Shown: positions 40,091-60,237 of the stretch, piece after piece | Position numbering within the stretch: position 1 is the first letter of the stretch | Layout: each line of letters opens with the position of its first letter | DNA from: Amoebidium appalachense | Taxonomy: Eukaryota > Protista > Ichthyosporea | NCBI GenBank assembly: GCA_963693365.1 | Contig: CAVNZM010000009.1 | Coordinates: forward strand, 5,276,245-5,340,244 | Direction of reading: 5' to 3' | Length of the DNA: 64,000 nt | Position numbers and translations under genes: made by a program | The notes under the pieces: model-generated | The model's database searches: none | Seen by the model: the letters and a program-made list of their open reading frames with translations, nothing else | Told to the model about the DNA's origin: nothing

Positions 40091-41170
40091 GGTGCTAAAA
40101 AGCTTCGTTTGTAAATAGGTTACTATTGCAGTTACAAACACGCTCGAAGAGAGTTGTGACCTTCAAAGGTTGACACGCACGAGGTTTCTAAGCTTATGCG
40201 TTCAAACAGGTAAGCCCGACCAATCTGATCAACCTCACTCGGCAAGTGGTAACCAGACTTAAGTTACGTCGCCATGGAGCATCCGTTGTCCGTCCACGGC
40301 AGAGCTGGAATTGCTCTTAGCTTGCCTATCAGCAGCTAAATTATGGTGCTCTTCAGCTTTATGGCCGTAATTAAGCGCTGAGGCAGGCTTTACATTATAA
40401 AAAGAGCAACATGCATGTTCGAAATTATACATTTCCTCACTTCATTCAATGCAGGCCCTTGTGACGTTGTCAGAAAATCAGCGGCTGAGCCACTTTTTAG
40501 TTTTGATAGCGCAAACATTGGCGGGATAATTATTTGTGTAAATGTCATACACAGGAATACGTGCCAGTCCGGTAGTCGATCTAACATTTCGGATCAGAGA
40601 TCTGTATCAAAGATCGGTTCGTAGAAGAAAAAACCCGGCTTGAACCGTTGATTCGAACCTTCCAAAGACTCCATATTTGGCTCTTCTCACTTCCAACCCT
40701 AAACCCAACAGCTGGCAGGCCTTGACTCGCGCCCGGCGCCTCCGAGCGCGGGCTGGTTTGAATGTGACTGACAAAAAGGCGTTTACTTTTATATGTATAC
40801 ACCAGCGTTGCAACAGCAAATAATAGCTTTTAGAGAGGTATGTTTTTGAGTTAGCTTTTTATAAGATACTTACAGCCCGTAGGGAGTCAGAAACTGCCAG
40901 CGTATCGCCATTCCAAACCAAGTCCGCCAGCCAGTGGCAGCCACTCACTCTCTGCCAGGCACAGCTGCGGCAGCGGCTGGTGATGGGCGGAAACCATGCG
41001 GAAATTGAGCAGGAATCAAGCGGAAAATAGCTCACCCGAAGGATGACTCTAAGCTTGTGGCTATTCCGGACCGCGAGGTCCCGCGCGCGGCATGGTTGTG
41101 AAATCCGCTCGCTCACTTTTTGCTGCACACGGTCCCTCCTCCTTTGTATCAGGCAGCTCTGTCACCAAAG
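40091..41170. promoter_or_regulatory. Divergent (head-to-head) intergenic/promoter region between NFRKB and ATP synthase alpha
   Basis: Start codons at 40090 (-) and 41171 (+) are ~1.08 kb apart. The region lacks the simple-repeat tracts seen in the introns. Confidence 0.6.
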
Positions 41171-46630
<5,460 letters not shown>

Positions 46631-47210
46631 GTAGTGTAGTGTGTTAGGGTTTGTGCCGCAGGTGGCCCTGGTGGCGCCGGCCTAGGCATGAAGCTGGCTA
46701 AATATATGATGATGTGTTCTGTATGATGCCCGTGTATGATCAATAAGAAGCGCCTCAGTGTGCACTCTGGGTCTCCGTGTGCATCGACAGTCCGGAACGT
46801 GTGTGTGGTCGAGTGCTGGCAACACTTGCCGAGTTCTCGGTTCCTTGACCATAGTTTATACATGAATGATGAATGTTTGGCTTCTCTGCCCAAGACTCCG
46901 TGTGTACATTTTTCTTATTTGTATGCACATTTGGCTCCCTCTTGTGCTTTTCGTGAACCAGCCCCATTTGTCATATTGCTTTTCATATCCCGTCGAAGTT
47001 GGACGACGGAGCCACGGTAACGGTGTGGACGTGCTTATTCGAACTTTGCGCGGTTTAGATTGGCAATGGGTGAGCATGATATGACAGCGTTTAAAAAATT
47101 TACCTTTCTGTAAAAGCACCGTCGACGAATCATAGTGAACAAACAAAACCAAAACAGATCACAAAATTTTATGCAAAATCAATCTGTTACCCAGGAGACT
47201 CTACTTCCCG

Positions 47211-47389
47211 CCAATCGCGAACGACAAGCGATATCATTGGCTGTGAGCCTTTCAATATAACTATTACGTCACACTGGACTTGAGTATGATGACGCGATCG
47301 AAAGCAAGACCGTGAAATCGCAACCTTTGCATAGTTGCCACACTTTGAATAACACACTCCATGTTTGAGTCTATAAACACGGTTATTGG
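47211..47389 (+). promoter_or_regulatory. Putative ATG2 promoter motifs (CCAAT boxes, CRE-like site)
   Basis: CCAAT at 47211, ATTGG at 47236 and 47385, and TTACGTCA at 47264-47271, all ~360-540 bp upstream of the ATG. These are motif matches only. Confidence 0.3.
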
Positions 47390-47748
47390 TTAGAAGACTA
47401 TTACGCTAAGCCGTAGCGGCTCACTTTGTAATGTAGGTGCCTATAAGTCTTCTGTATTTAAAATCTTGCCGTACAGCACCGTGTCCAAATTTATGGATGC
47501 AGCTCAGACCGGGCCTTACTTCAAGCGGGCAGTGCCACTGGGCCGCAAAACGATTGTGCATACTAGTAAACAACAAAACACGTCCACTACAAGGTACCTG
47601 TACAGTTGTAAATTCCGTGTTTTAGTTGCATGGTAGCTGTGACTTTCGTCGAAACATACCATATTGTTTTGATAGCAGCAGTTGCAACTGTGTTCGTTAT
47701 GCGAGCAGATAAAACCACTGGTGGGGCTTTCCCCAGTCAGCCGACAAG

Positions 47749-49116
47749 ATGTGGAGGTCAGAGGCGCTGCAAAAGCGCCTGGCTAAGTTTGTGCTCGAAC
47801 GGCTGCTTGGACCGTACCTTGTGGAGGAGTTAAATATAGAACAGCTGCAGCTGGATCTCTCAAGTGGCCGACTGGAGCTAAAGGACTTGCATCTCGATGT
47901 CAAGGTAAACACGCACCGTTTCTCTCGAACTTTTTTTTTTTTGAGTTTCAGCTTAGATGCGTGCGTGTACTTGGCTTCTAATATAGCGGAAACCCAAGTG
48001 CTAAGTGTATGCAGGACGTAGATAAAGTGAATGTGCTGCTGCTTTGACATTAACGCAATGAGTTCCCAGCTGCATCTGAATTAGATGTGCTGCTTTGAGG
48101 CTGCGGTAAACGAGAAACGGATGATCACATATCTTTGAAACACACAAAGCAGACAACTGCACGCTAGTATCCTACTTCTTTTCCTGTTGCTTTAACACGG
48201 TTGCAGCCGGTATTTTTTTTTTTTTTTGTGGCGGGGGGGGGGGGGGGGGGGGGGGGGGGGGAGGGGGGCGGGTTGGGCCGGGGAGTACACCTCTGACAGG
48301 CAGGCACCCCTTATGGCACACACGTCCACATGGCAAGATGCCATCGCATGCTCAAAGTCCTTGCTTGGTATAGTCTATAGAAGTTTGTGCGGCGGGCTTT
48401 CACCAAAGATCTAGAAAGAAGGGGGCACAAATCTTGGCTGTGCTTTTAGAAGCCCTGCACTTGTTGCAGACAAACGACGGTTTTTTGTGGAACAAGCATA
48501 CTTTGGCTAATGGGTTGGTTTTATTTATCTGATATTTTGTAAAGTGAGAAGTCTAAGAGTTCATGCGCACCTACCAGCTTTTGCTTCTGCGATCTTCCGA
48601 TTGGCTGAACGGTGACACTGTGACACAAGATCTATCCTCCAGTTCACTTGGTTTGCCTGGATACTTCCTGCTTTGAAGTGGCAAGGCTTGGGCCATTTCA
48701 AGATCTGCGCATGTCGTCATGGCATGGTTTCTGATTCTCTTGTGTTTTTCTTTCGTTTTTTTTTTTTTTTTTAGGTGCTGAACAAGCAGATTCTGGGCAC
48801 GCCCTTTCTTGTCAAGTCTGGGCACATAGGCAGTGCCCAGGTGACCGTGCCCTGGAGGGATCTGCTTGGCGGCCATGTGCGGATGCATCTGGCTGGCCTG
48901 GACGTGTGTGTGGTGCCAAGGGCACAGGCTGACCCTGATCTCTGTAATACCCCCCCCCCCCCCCCCCCCCCCCCCCTCCCCCCCACTCCCACTCCCCCCC
49001 CCTCCTCCTGTCCCTCCCCGCACCCCCCCCCCCCCCCCCCCACCCCCTCCCCCTTCCTTCCCGCACCCCACCCAACCCGAAAGGTAAGGGTGGTGGCTTT
49101 TTTTTTTTTTTTTTTT

Positions 49117-49162
<46 letters not shown>

Positions 49163-49197
49163 CTTAAGGGAAACACGTGTTCATTGGTCCCTTATGC

Positions 49198-49235
<38 letters not shown>

Positions 49236-50065
49236 CTTAGTCTTTCGGGGTTCGGATGGTGGTATAAGGCAAAATTTCGAAGAGGTAAAAGGTGGGTGGG
49301 TGGGTGGTGGTGGTGGGGGGGGGGTTTGGGGTTTTAGTAGCAAAAAGAAAGGCATACCATCCTTAGCTTCTTACACTTGCACCATTTTTTTTTGGTTTTC
49401 AGACGGAGGGGAGTCGAGCCAACTATCGAGCAGCCACGATGATGATTTGGCCCAGGGGGGTTGGTGGCCTTGGGTATGGGGGGAGGGGGCAGAGGGCAGG
49501 CCGGAGGGATTGGCCATGCTCAAAAGGGTGGCTGAAACGGTTCTGGCAAAGGTGGGTGTGTGTGTGTGTGTGGGTAGACTTGCAATTATTAGGATGAAGG
49601 TGTGTGTGGGGGGGTTGTTATGGGGTGTTTAGCTTTGCATGTTATGGTTTGGGTTAAGAGGTATGTGTGGGGTGTAGAGGTGCGCGTGCAACTCTATGGA
49701 CTAATTAGAAAGGTGTTCGGGGTTTTAGGAGTGTGCGCTGCTATTTAGGGTGAATGGAGGATGGAGTGGTGCTGAGGATGGGGATCGGAGGGGGAGGGAG
49801 GAGAGTAGGAGAGGGATGGAGAGGGGGTGGGAGGGGGTGGGAGGGGGGTGGGGTGAGGGGGGGAAAGGGGGGAGGGGTTGTTGTTTCTCACAAATATTGT
49901 TCTTTTCCGCAGGCTGCGCTAGTGTTTACCCGCACAGCCTGTCCGTCTGATCTCTCTATTGAGCTGTGCATGTTTGGTGTGGGTCCCTGGGTGTAGGTGG
50001 ATGTTTGTGTTGTGCATGAAAGTGTGGGTGGCTGGCTGGCATGGGGGTGGTGGGGGTGGTGCATT

Positions 50066-50127
<62 letters not shown>

Positions 50128-50792
50128 GTAGTTGGTGGTATGGGGGAAGTGAGGGGGCGGGGGGAGGGGGGGGGGGGGGGAGGCGGGGAGGGGCGGGAAG
50201 CACTACCGTGTGTGAAGGTACCTTTCTCCTTTGTCCATCCTTGCTTCTTACCACCCCTCCTGGATGCTCCTTTGTATGTTAAGCCTGTATAAGCCGGTCA
50301 CTCTAATAGGCAAGGATTTTACCATTAAAATTTCCTCCTGGTCATCTGATGATATTGGGGTTCACTTCTTTGCAGATTCAAGCCAGTGCCGAAAACTGCA
50401 GCGTCCGCGCGGAGTTTCACGATGAATCCACCAACCAAACACGCACGTTAATTCTTAAAGTTGACCGCGTAGATTATGCCGACACCACACCATCACCGAC
50501 CACCAATGCAAGCACAAACGACACCATCCCGTGCGATGATGTCAGTGGCGCTAAGGGTATACCCGGTATACCCCAGACTGCAGTCTATGCTCAGGCTGCT
50601 GTGAGTGTGAAGGACGTCAAAGTATCGGGCATGGCACTCCGGGTAAATCCATCCCCCCCCCCCCCCCCCCCCTTTCCCCTTTCCCCGCTCCCCTCCCCCC
50701 CCCCCCTCTCCCCCATGCTAACCCCCCCCCGCCCCTCCCCCCCCCCCCCCCCCCCCCCCCAACACACACACACACACACACACAAAAAAAAA

Positions 50793-50827
<35 letters not shown>

Positions 50828-51151
50828 AGAGTAAAGAGCCCGCACGCCCGCCCGCCCGCCCGCCCGCCCGCACGCACGTACGCACGCACGCACGCACGCA
50901 TGCATGCACGCACACACGCACGCACGCCCGTACATGCACACACACAGATACACACACAAACACATACATCATCTACACACCACACACACACGTGACACCA
51001 CGCACGCGCACACACACACATGCACACACACACACCACGGTGAAGGATGCATCTGCATTTGCTGTGCAGCCTTCAGGTGGTCTATCTTCATCATCTCCCA
51101 CACACATCACACACTTACACCATAACATCTCACTCTCTCTTCTCCCCCCCC

Positions 51152-51198
<47 letters not shown>

Positions 51199-51206
51199 CA
51201 TACACA

Positions 51207-51237
<31 letters not shown>

Positions 51238-51782
51238 TCCTCTCCCAATCTTTCACCCCCACACACTACAGGTGGATACAGGAGATCAGATATCACCTGT
51301 AGCCGTTGCCTGCACCGGGGACAAAGGATGCTGGGGTCAACTGAAACTGCATTGGAACCAAACACCTTTGGGCTCCGGCCCAGAACCTCCAACCAGGCCG
51401 TCAAAAGTCGAAATCGAGCTTTTCACACGTGATTTTCACGCTGTTTTGAGCCCTGAAACGGTGGATGTACTAGAGAGTTTCAAAGAGGTTTTTGTTCCCG
51501 ATGCGACGGGCGATTTTGGTGGTTTGGAAAGTGTGCAGGGGGGTGGATACGGTAATGGGGGTAAGTCGGTTTACTTTTCCATGGAGCCGGGCGGTACTTC
51601 TGTGATGATGTTATCACAGCAGGGTCCACTGACCAGGTGTGTGTGTGTGTGTGAGTGTTTGTGTGCTGGGGGATGGGTTTGGCAGGAGGGGTAAGGGGGT
51701 TAGGGGGGGTGGGGTGGGGTGGGGGGAGGGGGAGAGGTTTTTTTTTTTTTTTTTTTTTGGGGGGGGGGGGGGGGCAGGGGTG

Positions 51783-51850
<68 letters not shown>

Positions 51851-52697
51851 ACGTGCTATGATGTGTGCGTGTGTTCATGTGTGTGTTTGCTTGTAGGTGC
51901 ATATGCGTACTGCGTGCGTGTGCGCGGTGCGGAGAATGTTTGGGGGGGGGGGGGGGGGGGGGGGATGTGTCTTTGTTGTCTTTGCTTGTTACCGGAGGGG
52001 GGATGGGGCTTGGGGGTTGCCCAAGCGCTTACCCTGGCACATTGTTTGTGTGTGTGTGTGTGTGTTAGTGTGTGTGTGTGTGTGTGTTTATGTGTATCTT
52101 CAAGTGTGTGTATGTGTGTATGTGCGTATGTGCGTATGCGTGTGTGTGTACTTGCATGTACACATGAATGCATGCATGTGCCAATGCTCTATCTATAGCG
52201 GCTTTTCCGTGCATGCATGCATGTCTGCGTGACTATATCTGAGGGCCCTTGCACGCTTGTTTGCCTGCTATTTGTGTGTGTGCACGTGGTGATGAAGGAC
52301 GAGCCTGTAGAAGCATCACGAATACAGGAAATAGAGAGATAACACCGTGACGCTCAACACGACACAGTCATAAAACTCATTGTTTATTTTTTTTGGTTTT
52401 TTTGTGTGACCGCCAACCAAATTAACCGTGCCTTTTTTTTTTTAAACACACACAAACACGCACAGGAGCCTTACAGCCGAAGAATACGACCTAATCGAGC
52501 AACTCTACCAAGACTACAAGGCTACCGCAGGGGGCAAAACCCAGACCCCACAATTTGCACGGTTTAACCCCCCTGCTGCGGTTTCTACCCCACGGTCTCC
52601 TTTCCAATCCCACCACCAACCACCGCGGGAAAAGATGGGTGGGTTTGGAGGCGGGTTGGGGGATGTGGATAGTGACCTCGACGATTTCAGGTTCGAA

Positions 52698-52730
<33 letters not shown>

Positions 52731-52873
52731 TCCCTTTCCCCCCCCCCCCCCAACCCCCCACCCACCCCCCCCCCCCCGGCTTCCTTTCTCGTGCTTTCCC
52801 TCTCTCCTCCCTCCCCTTGTCTCCTCCTATCTTCCTTCCTCCTCCGGCATGACCCACCAACAATCCTTTTCCC

Positions 52874-52910
<37 letters not shown>

Positions 52911-53878
52911 GTCCTTCTCCTTCCTCACGTTCTACCTGTGCACATTCATTCATAACCCACAGCTTGTCCCAAGATGGCCCAAGCACATGCTCCGAAGCTG
53001 TTTCCCCCTTTCATATCACCCCCAGCTGACTCTTTTCTGCCACTCTCGCATTTCACCTTTGATTTTTTTTGTGAATGTTTCGCTACCCTTGATGTCCATG
53101 CTTCCGTGTTTCTATTATGATCGTTCATATATTATCATTTTTATGTTTTAATTTTGACTGATGGGATGGCTGTGTGTGTGCAGTCTCGACAGCGACAGTG
53201 AGGGCAGTGACCTGGATGATTCCAGCATGTTCCACCCCCTGGACAGTGTGCCCACAGAGGGGGTGGAGACCACAGGCGCTGAAGAAAAGGTGGCATCGTG
53301 CACTACAGAGATTGTGCTCAAGGTAGAAGGGCTGTTCATATATCCCCCCCCCCTTCCTCCCCCCCCCCCCCCCCCCCCCCTCCTTCCTTCCTTCCTCTCA
53401 CCTCTTCTACCATCAACACCACCACTGCCACCACAACAATCGCACACAGACACACACAGACATACACAGACACACAGCGACACATGCTTATACACGAACA
53501 CACGCACACACACACACACACAAACACACACAAACACACACACACACGCGCGCACACACACAAAAACACACACGAATACACGAATACCAAATAAAACCGG
53601 GGTCGTGCCTTTGTCCACCCCCCCCCCCCCCTCGCCCCCCCAATCCCCTCTCTACCCTCCCCCCCCCCCCCCCCCTCCCCTTCTCCCCCCTTCTCCTGCC
53701 CACTGGCATAGTCTTGTGGTTTGAACTGCTGGCATCTTTCATCGCTTTCTCTTATGTTGTGGTTTTGGATGCATAATCGAGTGGGGGCAGAAAAAGGGAG
53801 GTCGGATGAGGAAAGGTGGTGGCATATGCACCGATGATGTGGAAGCAGTTGGGTATTGGGTGGGTGGTGTGTGTGTGT

Positions 53879-53935
<57 letters not shown>

Positions 53936-54077
53936 TTGTTCTGTGTTAGGAGGGCAATAAGGTTGATAACGGTTGTATTGAGATTTACCCAAATTTGAAG
54001 ACACAATCTGCAATGTTTGTTTCTTTCACCTGCCACACCCAGAGAATAAGCGCTACTGCGCCGACCTCACCTGTCAT

Positions 54078-54108
<31 letters not shown>

Positions 54109-54795
54109 CCCCCCCTCCCCCCCCCTCTCCCACACACCCCACACACTCACACACCCGCCAACCCCTCCCCCTCCCCCCTCCTTACAGGCACACCTCCCAT
54201 CGTCGAGCATCGTCTGTCTCTACGATAAACCCGCGAACCCCGCGTCGTTGTTACCGAAAATCGAAACGTATTTTTCATACTTGTCCCTCCACGGGGTAAC
54301 CCCAGCACCTACGGCACCCACCACGAGACGCGCGGCCACTTTTCTCGAATGCAATCACTTGGTGTTGGGGCTTAATCAGGCGCTGGTGAAATTTCAGGGG
54401 GTTTTGGACACTATGAAGATGGGAGGAAATTTAAGCTTGGGGTCTGTGCATGCCACCGTGCGTGTTATGGAGTCTTGGGCAAACGAGGTGTTGTTCGAAA
54501 CCCAGCCGCCAAATTCGTCGGAAATTGGGTCGGGTTTCATTCCGAGTCGAACCAATGTACCCACGATCCGACCGATAGTGCATTTTGTGGAGGGGCTAGG
54601 GTTTGGTGAGGAATATTCCGACGCCTGGGCCCCCGTGGAAAGCGCAAGAAGAAACGACGGGGTGCGTGGAAGGGGACAGAAGGAGGGGGAAAAGGAGAGG
54701 TTACACCACCACCCCATGATCAAGGTGGTGGTGGGCAGCGACACTGCCTCTTCCGACAAAAGGTGTGCCAGCCCCCCCCCCCCCCCCCCCCCCCC

Positions 54796-54834
<39 letters not shown>

Positions 54835-56403
54835 ACCACCACCACCACCACCACCACCACAGCTCCATACTACCGGCACCGAGTGGGCATGTGCTACGCT
54901 CCTTTTACTTATGCTCTATGTTTGGTTTGTGCATTGCTTTAGTTTGTGCTGTTAATACCCTCCCCTCCTCCCCCCCCCTCCCCCCCCCCCCCCTCTCTCC
55001 CTCCCTCCCCCCTAAAACACACACAAAAGAAAAAGAGACAGCTCGCACGCGGACATGCAAGCGCGCACGATGCGCATATGCAGGTACGCAGACACGCACA
55101 CCGATGCAACAAAACGGAAGGCTAAAATCATTGACAATGACAAACGTATGAAGGAGAAAACAAAAACAGGCAGGGCAAAAAAGCTCGCAAAGGCACATGC
55201 CCTGCCAATCTTTCAACGTTTACTTGCCACCTGAAATCGAGCTTTCATACTGCCCATATTCTAATGTTTCGCATTAACCATTAAATGTCAGCACTTTTTT
55301 TGTCTTTTTACACAGTGTCCCTTAATCTGATAAGAGGGTTTGCCCACACAGGTCCAAAACCTCGGGTATTCCGGTGACTGTGCAGATGCAGCCGATGGTT
55401 GTGGAGGCAGACTATGCCATTCTGGACCGGCTTGTGGACTTTCTGGACCGTTCAAGGAATAATGACCCCGGACAAAAGGTGTGCGTGAGCGTTGTGTGTG
55501 GTTGTATGTGTCATTTGGGGTGTGTTTTTTTGTGATCGGAGAGGGGGGGGGGGGGGGGGGGAGGGGGGCTGGGGAGGAGAGGGGGGGGGGGGGGGGGGTA
55601 GGGGGCAGCTATATATATTTGTATGTAGAAGGCTATTGGTATGGGCGGGAAGACACGGGCTTGTGTATGGGTGTGTGAGGAGGGAGAGGTAGTTCTATGT
55701 GAAGTTGGCGCTCTCGGAGCATCAAATTCTCACGTCCATTCTCCTTGCAGGGTTCCCGCCCGCCCGATAGCCAAACAAAAACACCACTCCCTACCCCATC
55801 CTTCACGGTTGAATGGTCCCTGGTGCGACTGGCCACACGTATTCCCCACCCATTACCACCACAAGAGTTCACACATGAGACAGAGCCCAATCCCAACGAA
55901 AACACGGAAAACACACCTGGGAATCCGGCAAACCAAAACACGGAAAATGACGCGCTTACAAATCTCGAATTCGAAAAACTGATGAAGGGCCCTCGATCCA
56001 CGTATGAAGATATTGTTCTATTTGATTTCGCGAATGTCAAACTTGGTCAAACGCGCATGCTGAGTCCGTTGGTGGAAGACGTGACGAATATTTCGTTCGA
56101 AAAAGCGTCAGTAGGGGTGTATTTTCATGATCCACAGTCCGTGGCTCTCGGGGGAACTGTTGGTCTATGGGGAGATGACATGGGGAGATGTGCTGGGGAG
56201 GGTGGGCGGCAGGTCAGAATTTTGACTGTGAGGGGATTTGGATCGAAAACCCCCGAAATTGTGGTGAGAATACGGCGGGACGAGGAGCAGTGCAGGACGG
56301 TTGTCAGCAGGTGTGTGTGTCTGTGTGTGTGTGTGTGGGAAGGGGGGGGGGGGGGGGGGGGAGTTGTGTGTGTGTGTTGTGTGTATGTGTGTATGTGTGT
56401 GTG

Positions 56404-56438
<35 letters not shown>

Positions 56439-58655
56439 GGAGGAGGGGAGGGCTGGTTGTGTGTGTGTATGTGGGTGGGTTTCTGTCTCTGTGTGATGAG
56501 CATGCATGTGCGTGTACTACGGGTGTAAGCGTTCGTGCGGTATCCATGCCCGTGTCTTTGTCCGTGTCACTCAGTGTTTATGTCTGTGTGTGCGTGCACA
56601 TATAGGTGATATTTGCGGTCTGTATGCGCTTGTAAACGCTCAGCTTAAGAAAGTGGGTAGCTTGTCTTTTTCTTGTGTGTGTCCCTTGCCAGATTGCTTC
56701 TGCACCTTTATATCGTTCAGGTATCTTCAACTTTCACCCTTTGTCAAGCGAGAGTTCTTTTTTGATAAAGACACAAACCGATGTCCATTTTACAGGTCAT
56801 CTTGCGTGTGTTTTGCACTTTCACTCTCTGTAGTTTAACGGTCTTCATAGCAAGCACGTGTCTTTTACTTTCATTCTTTTGCAATCAGTAGTCTCTATAA
56901 TAAACCCCCAAACCAATGCCCACTTTGCAGGAGGTCAGGGCTGGGCCATGGTGACGTAGGGCCAGCCTTTGCCGTCAGCCTCCCCCCAGGCACCCCCTCA
57001 CCGTTCTCTCCGGTCTTCACCTCAATCGAAGGCGACCACGTGGTATTGTCTCCTTCCCCCCCCCCCCCCCCCCCCCTCTCTCTCCCTCTCTCCCCCCCCC
57101 CTCCCCCATGCCACTCCTGCTCTATTCCATTTTGGTCGACACACCTGTAGGGGATGCTTCCTTGGCGTGCTCATGTTGCACCTTTGCCTTTGTTTATGGT
57201 TTTAGCATTGTGCGTGGTTTTTCATTGTGCATTATAGCACCCCCTAACTTTTCCTTTTTTTAAAAAAAAATTTATCACATGGCGCTCCTTCATTTTAGAT
57301 GCATTCAGCTTATTGCCAAGGTGCATGCCCCCCCCCCCCCCCCCCCCCCCCCACCCCACCCCCCCCACCCACTCCTCCCTCCCCCCGCGGCTCCCCCTTG
57401 GATGCTAACCAGCAGCATGCAGTCTGTAGCTACTAGATGAATATGGGTCAGCATATAAACCCCCTTTCATCTCTACACACCTGTCCATGTAAACAATCCC
57501 CCCCCCCCCCCACACACACACACACACACACACACGAACCCACCGCTACCCACCCACCGCTACCTCACCTCACCCCCCTCCTTTCCTCGCGCCAGAACAC
57601 CCTCTCCTGGTTGTGGCCCTGTGGTTCTAAATCTTTAACCCATTACAACTCTAACAATACACTTGCCTCAACCACTTGAGCAGCGCCAGCGATGTCTCAC
57701 CTCTGCGGAGCCCAAAGACTTCATAAGATTCCGAAACGCTGCGGAGTCATCGTCTCGTGTGTGTGTGGAGTGTATTCTTCCCCACGTACAAGGCGTAGCA
57801 ACCAAGGCCCATTATGACCGTGTGTATGTGCTCTTGGATGCACTGGGGATGTGGCAGCCCTTGCTGGCTCTCAGGGGAAAAACAAGGTGCGTGGAAGTGG
57901 TGCTGTTAAGGTTAACTCACGTTGTATAGTGGAAGATAGTGGTGGTTACGCGGGTGTGGATGAACCATTGTGTGAGAGTATTGTCTGCCAATGTTTTTGA
58001 TCTGTGTAGAGAATTGTTTAGGAGCAGCACGCGAGGTATTTTTGGTTTTAGATTAGAGTGTATGTGTTGCATGTGTGTCTGGTTGTTGTGGGGGGGGGGG
58101 GGGGGGGAGGGGGAAGGGGCGGGGGTTGAAAGAAAAAGAACGAGGAAGATCATGACACCATGTGTGCTCTGTGATGGAACTTCTTGGTGTGGGGCATAAT
58201 TACTGTATTATTTATTTAGGTTATGAAAGTCACAAGAGCAACAAGGGGCAACGGAATGAAATGGGGAAATAGAGCATGGGGTGGATAATCCGGAGAACTG
58301 GCGAGGGGGGGGGGAGGGGAGGGGTAGTCAGGTGCTTTTGCAATTCGGAAATGTAATAAGCCCCATGCTAGAAGGATTAAGCACGGTTCCGTTATATTCT
58401 TTATATGCCAAACACGCAGTTTTTAAAAGAACAAATTGCATCATCTATAGGCAAACCCAAGTTTTGGATTTGGCAGTAACATGGTTGATAGCATGTTGAC
58501 CTCACGCCTTGAAATGCCCACTAATATATTAATATCTTTTTTCTTGCTACACAGCCAGTCAGAAGCAGTGTTTGAGGTATGTCAGTCGACAGACAGCGAG
58601 TCTGAGAGTGAGGTCGACAGGGACAACTACTATGCACCGGGCAAGAGCAGGCACA

Positions 58656-58721
<66 letters not shown>

Positions 58722-58739
58722 GCGCGCGTGCGTGTGTGT

Positions 58740-58787
<48 letters not shown>

Positions 58788-58829
58788 GTATGTGTGTGTG
58801 TGGGTGTGTGAGTGGGTGGGTGGGTGGGT

Positions 58830-58877
<48 letters not shown>

Positions 58878-58889
58878 TGGCCGCGCGTG

Positions 58890-58960
<71 letters not shown>

Positions 58961-59430
58961 TTGCGCGTGTTCATTCCTCCATGCAAGTGTGCGTGCGTTC
59001 ATGTCTGTATTTATGCCTGTGTGTGCATGTTTGTATCTGGGTCACCGTGCCCTTACCCTCGCACAAGCTTTGTACTTTGCCTTTCTGTGTGCTTTTTTGT
59101 GCATGATGTCTAAGAAATGGTGGAAGTAGGGTAAGCAGGTACGTGTTTGTGTTTGTGTGTGTGTGCCTGTGCAGTTATCGGTTTGCACACTCATCAAACT
59201 ACGTTTGCTTTTTTATATTGATAACATGAATCGATGACAACGGTTAGCCCCCCTCCACCCTCCCCACCCCCTCTCTCCCCTCGGCCTCTATCCAATCTTT
59301 GCACCCCATCATTCTGTTGCTCAGGATGGCTCGCCGTTAACCCAATAAACCCTCGATTGTAAGGCCATGTGCGGCACCACAAATATATCCCCCTCCCCCC
59401 CCCCCCCCATCCTTTCCCTCATAAATTTAG

Positions 59431-59477
<47 letters not shown>

Positions 59478-59945
59478 ACCGCAGCCGTCTTCAACCTAAC
59501 GCGAGTTCATGTTTCCTTATCCACGCAGGATGCCAAGCCCAGTCGCACCCGTGAGCACGTGCTGAAACCAAGCTCCCTTTGCGTAAAATTCACGGCAGCA
59601 AGAGTGGAATTGTCTCTCGAAGAGGACACTATAAGTGCCGTGCGCCTGAAAGAGAAAAGGGAGATGCAAAAACGAAACAGCGAATTGAGGCAGAAGTTTG
59701 CTGCGGCGGCGGCGAATGCAAAGGAAGAAAACGAGAAAGAGAAAATGGGAGAGGCGGCAAGAGGCCAGCCGGAAACTGAAGGGACGGAAGATGATGAAGA
59801 AGGTGTAGAATCCTCCCCCCCCCCCCCCCCCTTCCCCCCCCCCCCAAAAAAAAAAAAAAAAAAAAAAACACTTCCCTTACCCGGTACTGTCCTACCCTTT
59901 CTCCCGTTCTCCCTATATCGGGCTTCTCCGCTCCCCCCTTATCCC

Positions 59946-59979
<34 letters not shown>

Positions 59980-60182
59980 CCCACCCATTCACACACACGG
60001 GAGGGTGGGGGAGGAGGGGGAGAGGGGGGGGGGGAGCCTCGGGTCCCCTGCCTCTTTGCGTCAGCGGTGTTTTAGTGAAGTTGTGATGATTTCTCGTTGT
60101 TGGTGAACCCGTGTTAGAGTGCATGGTGCTTGTGGTGGTTGTGTTGGCGGTAGCGGTGATGGAGGGATGGGGTGGGGATGGT

Positions 60183-60237
<55 letters not shown>
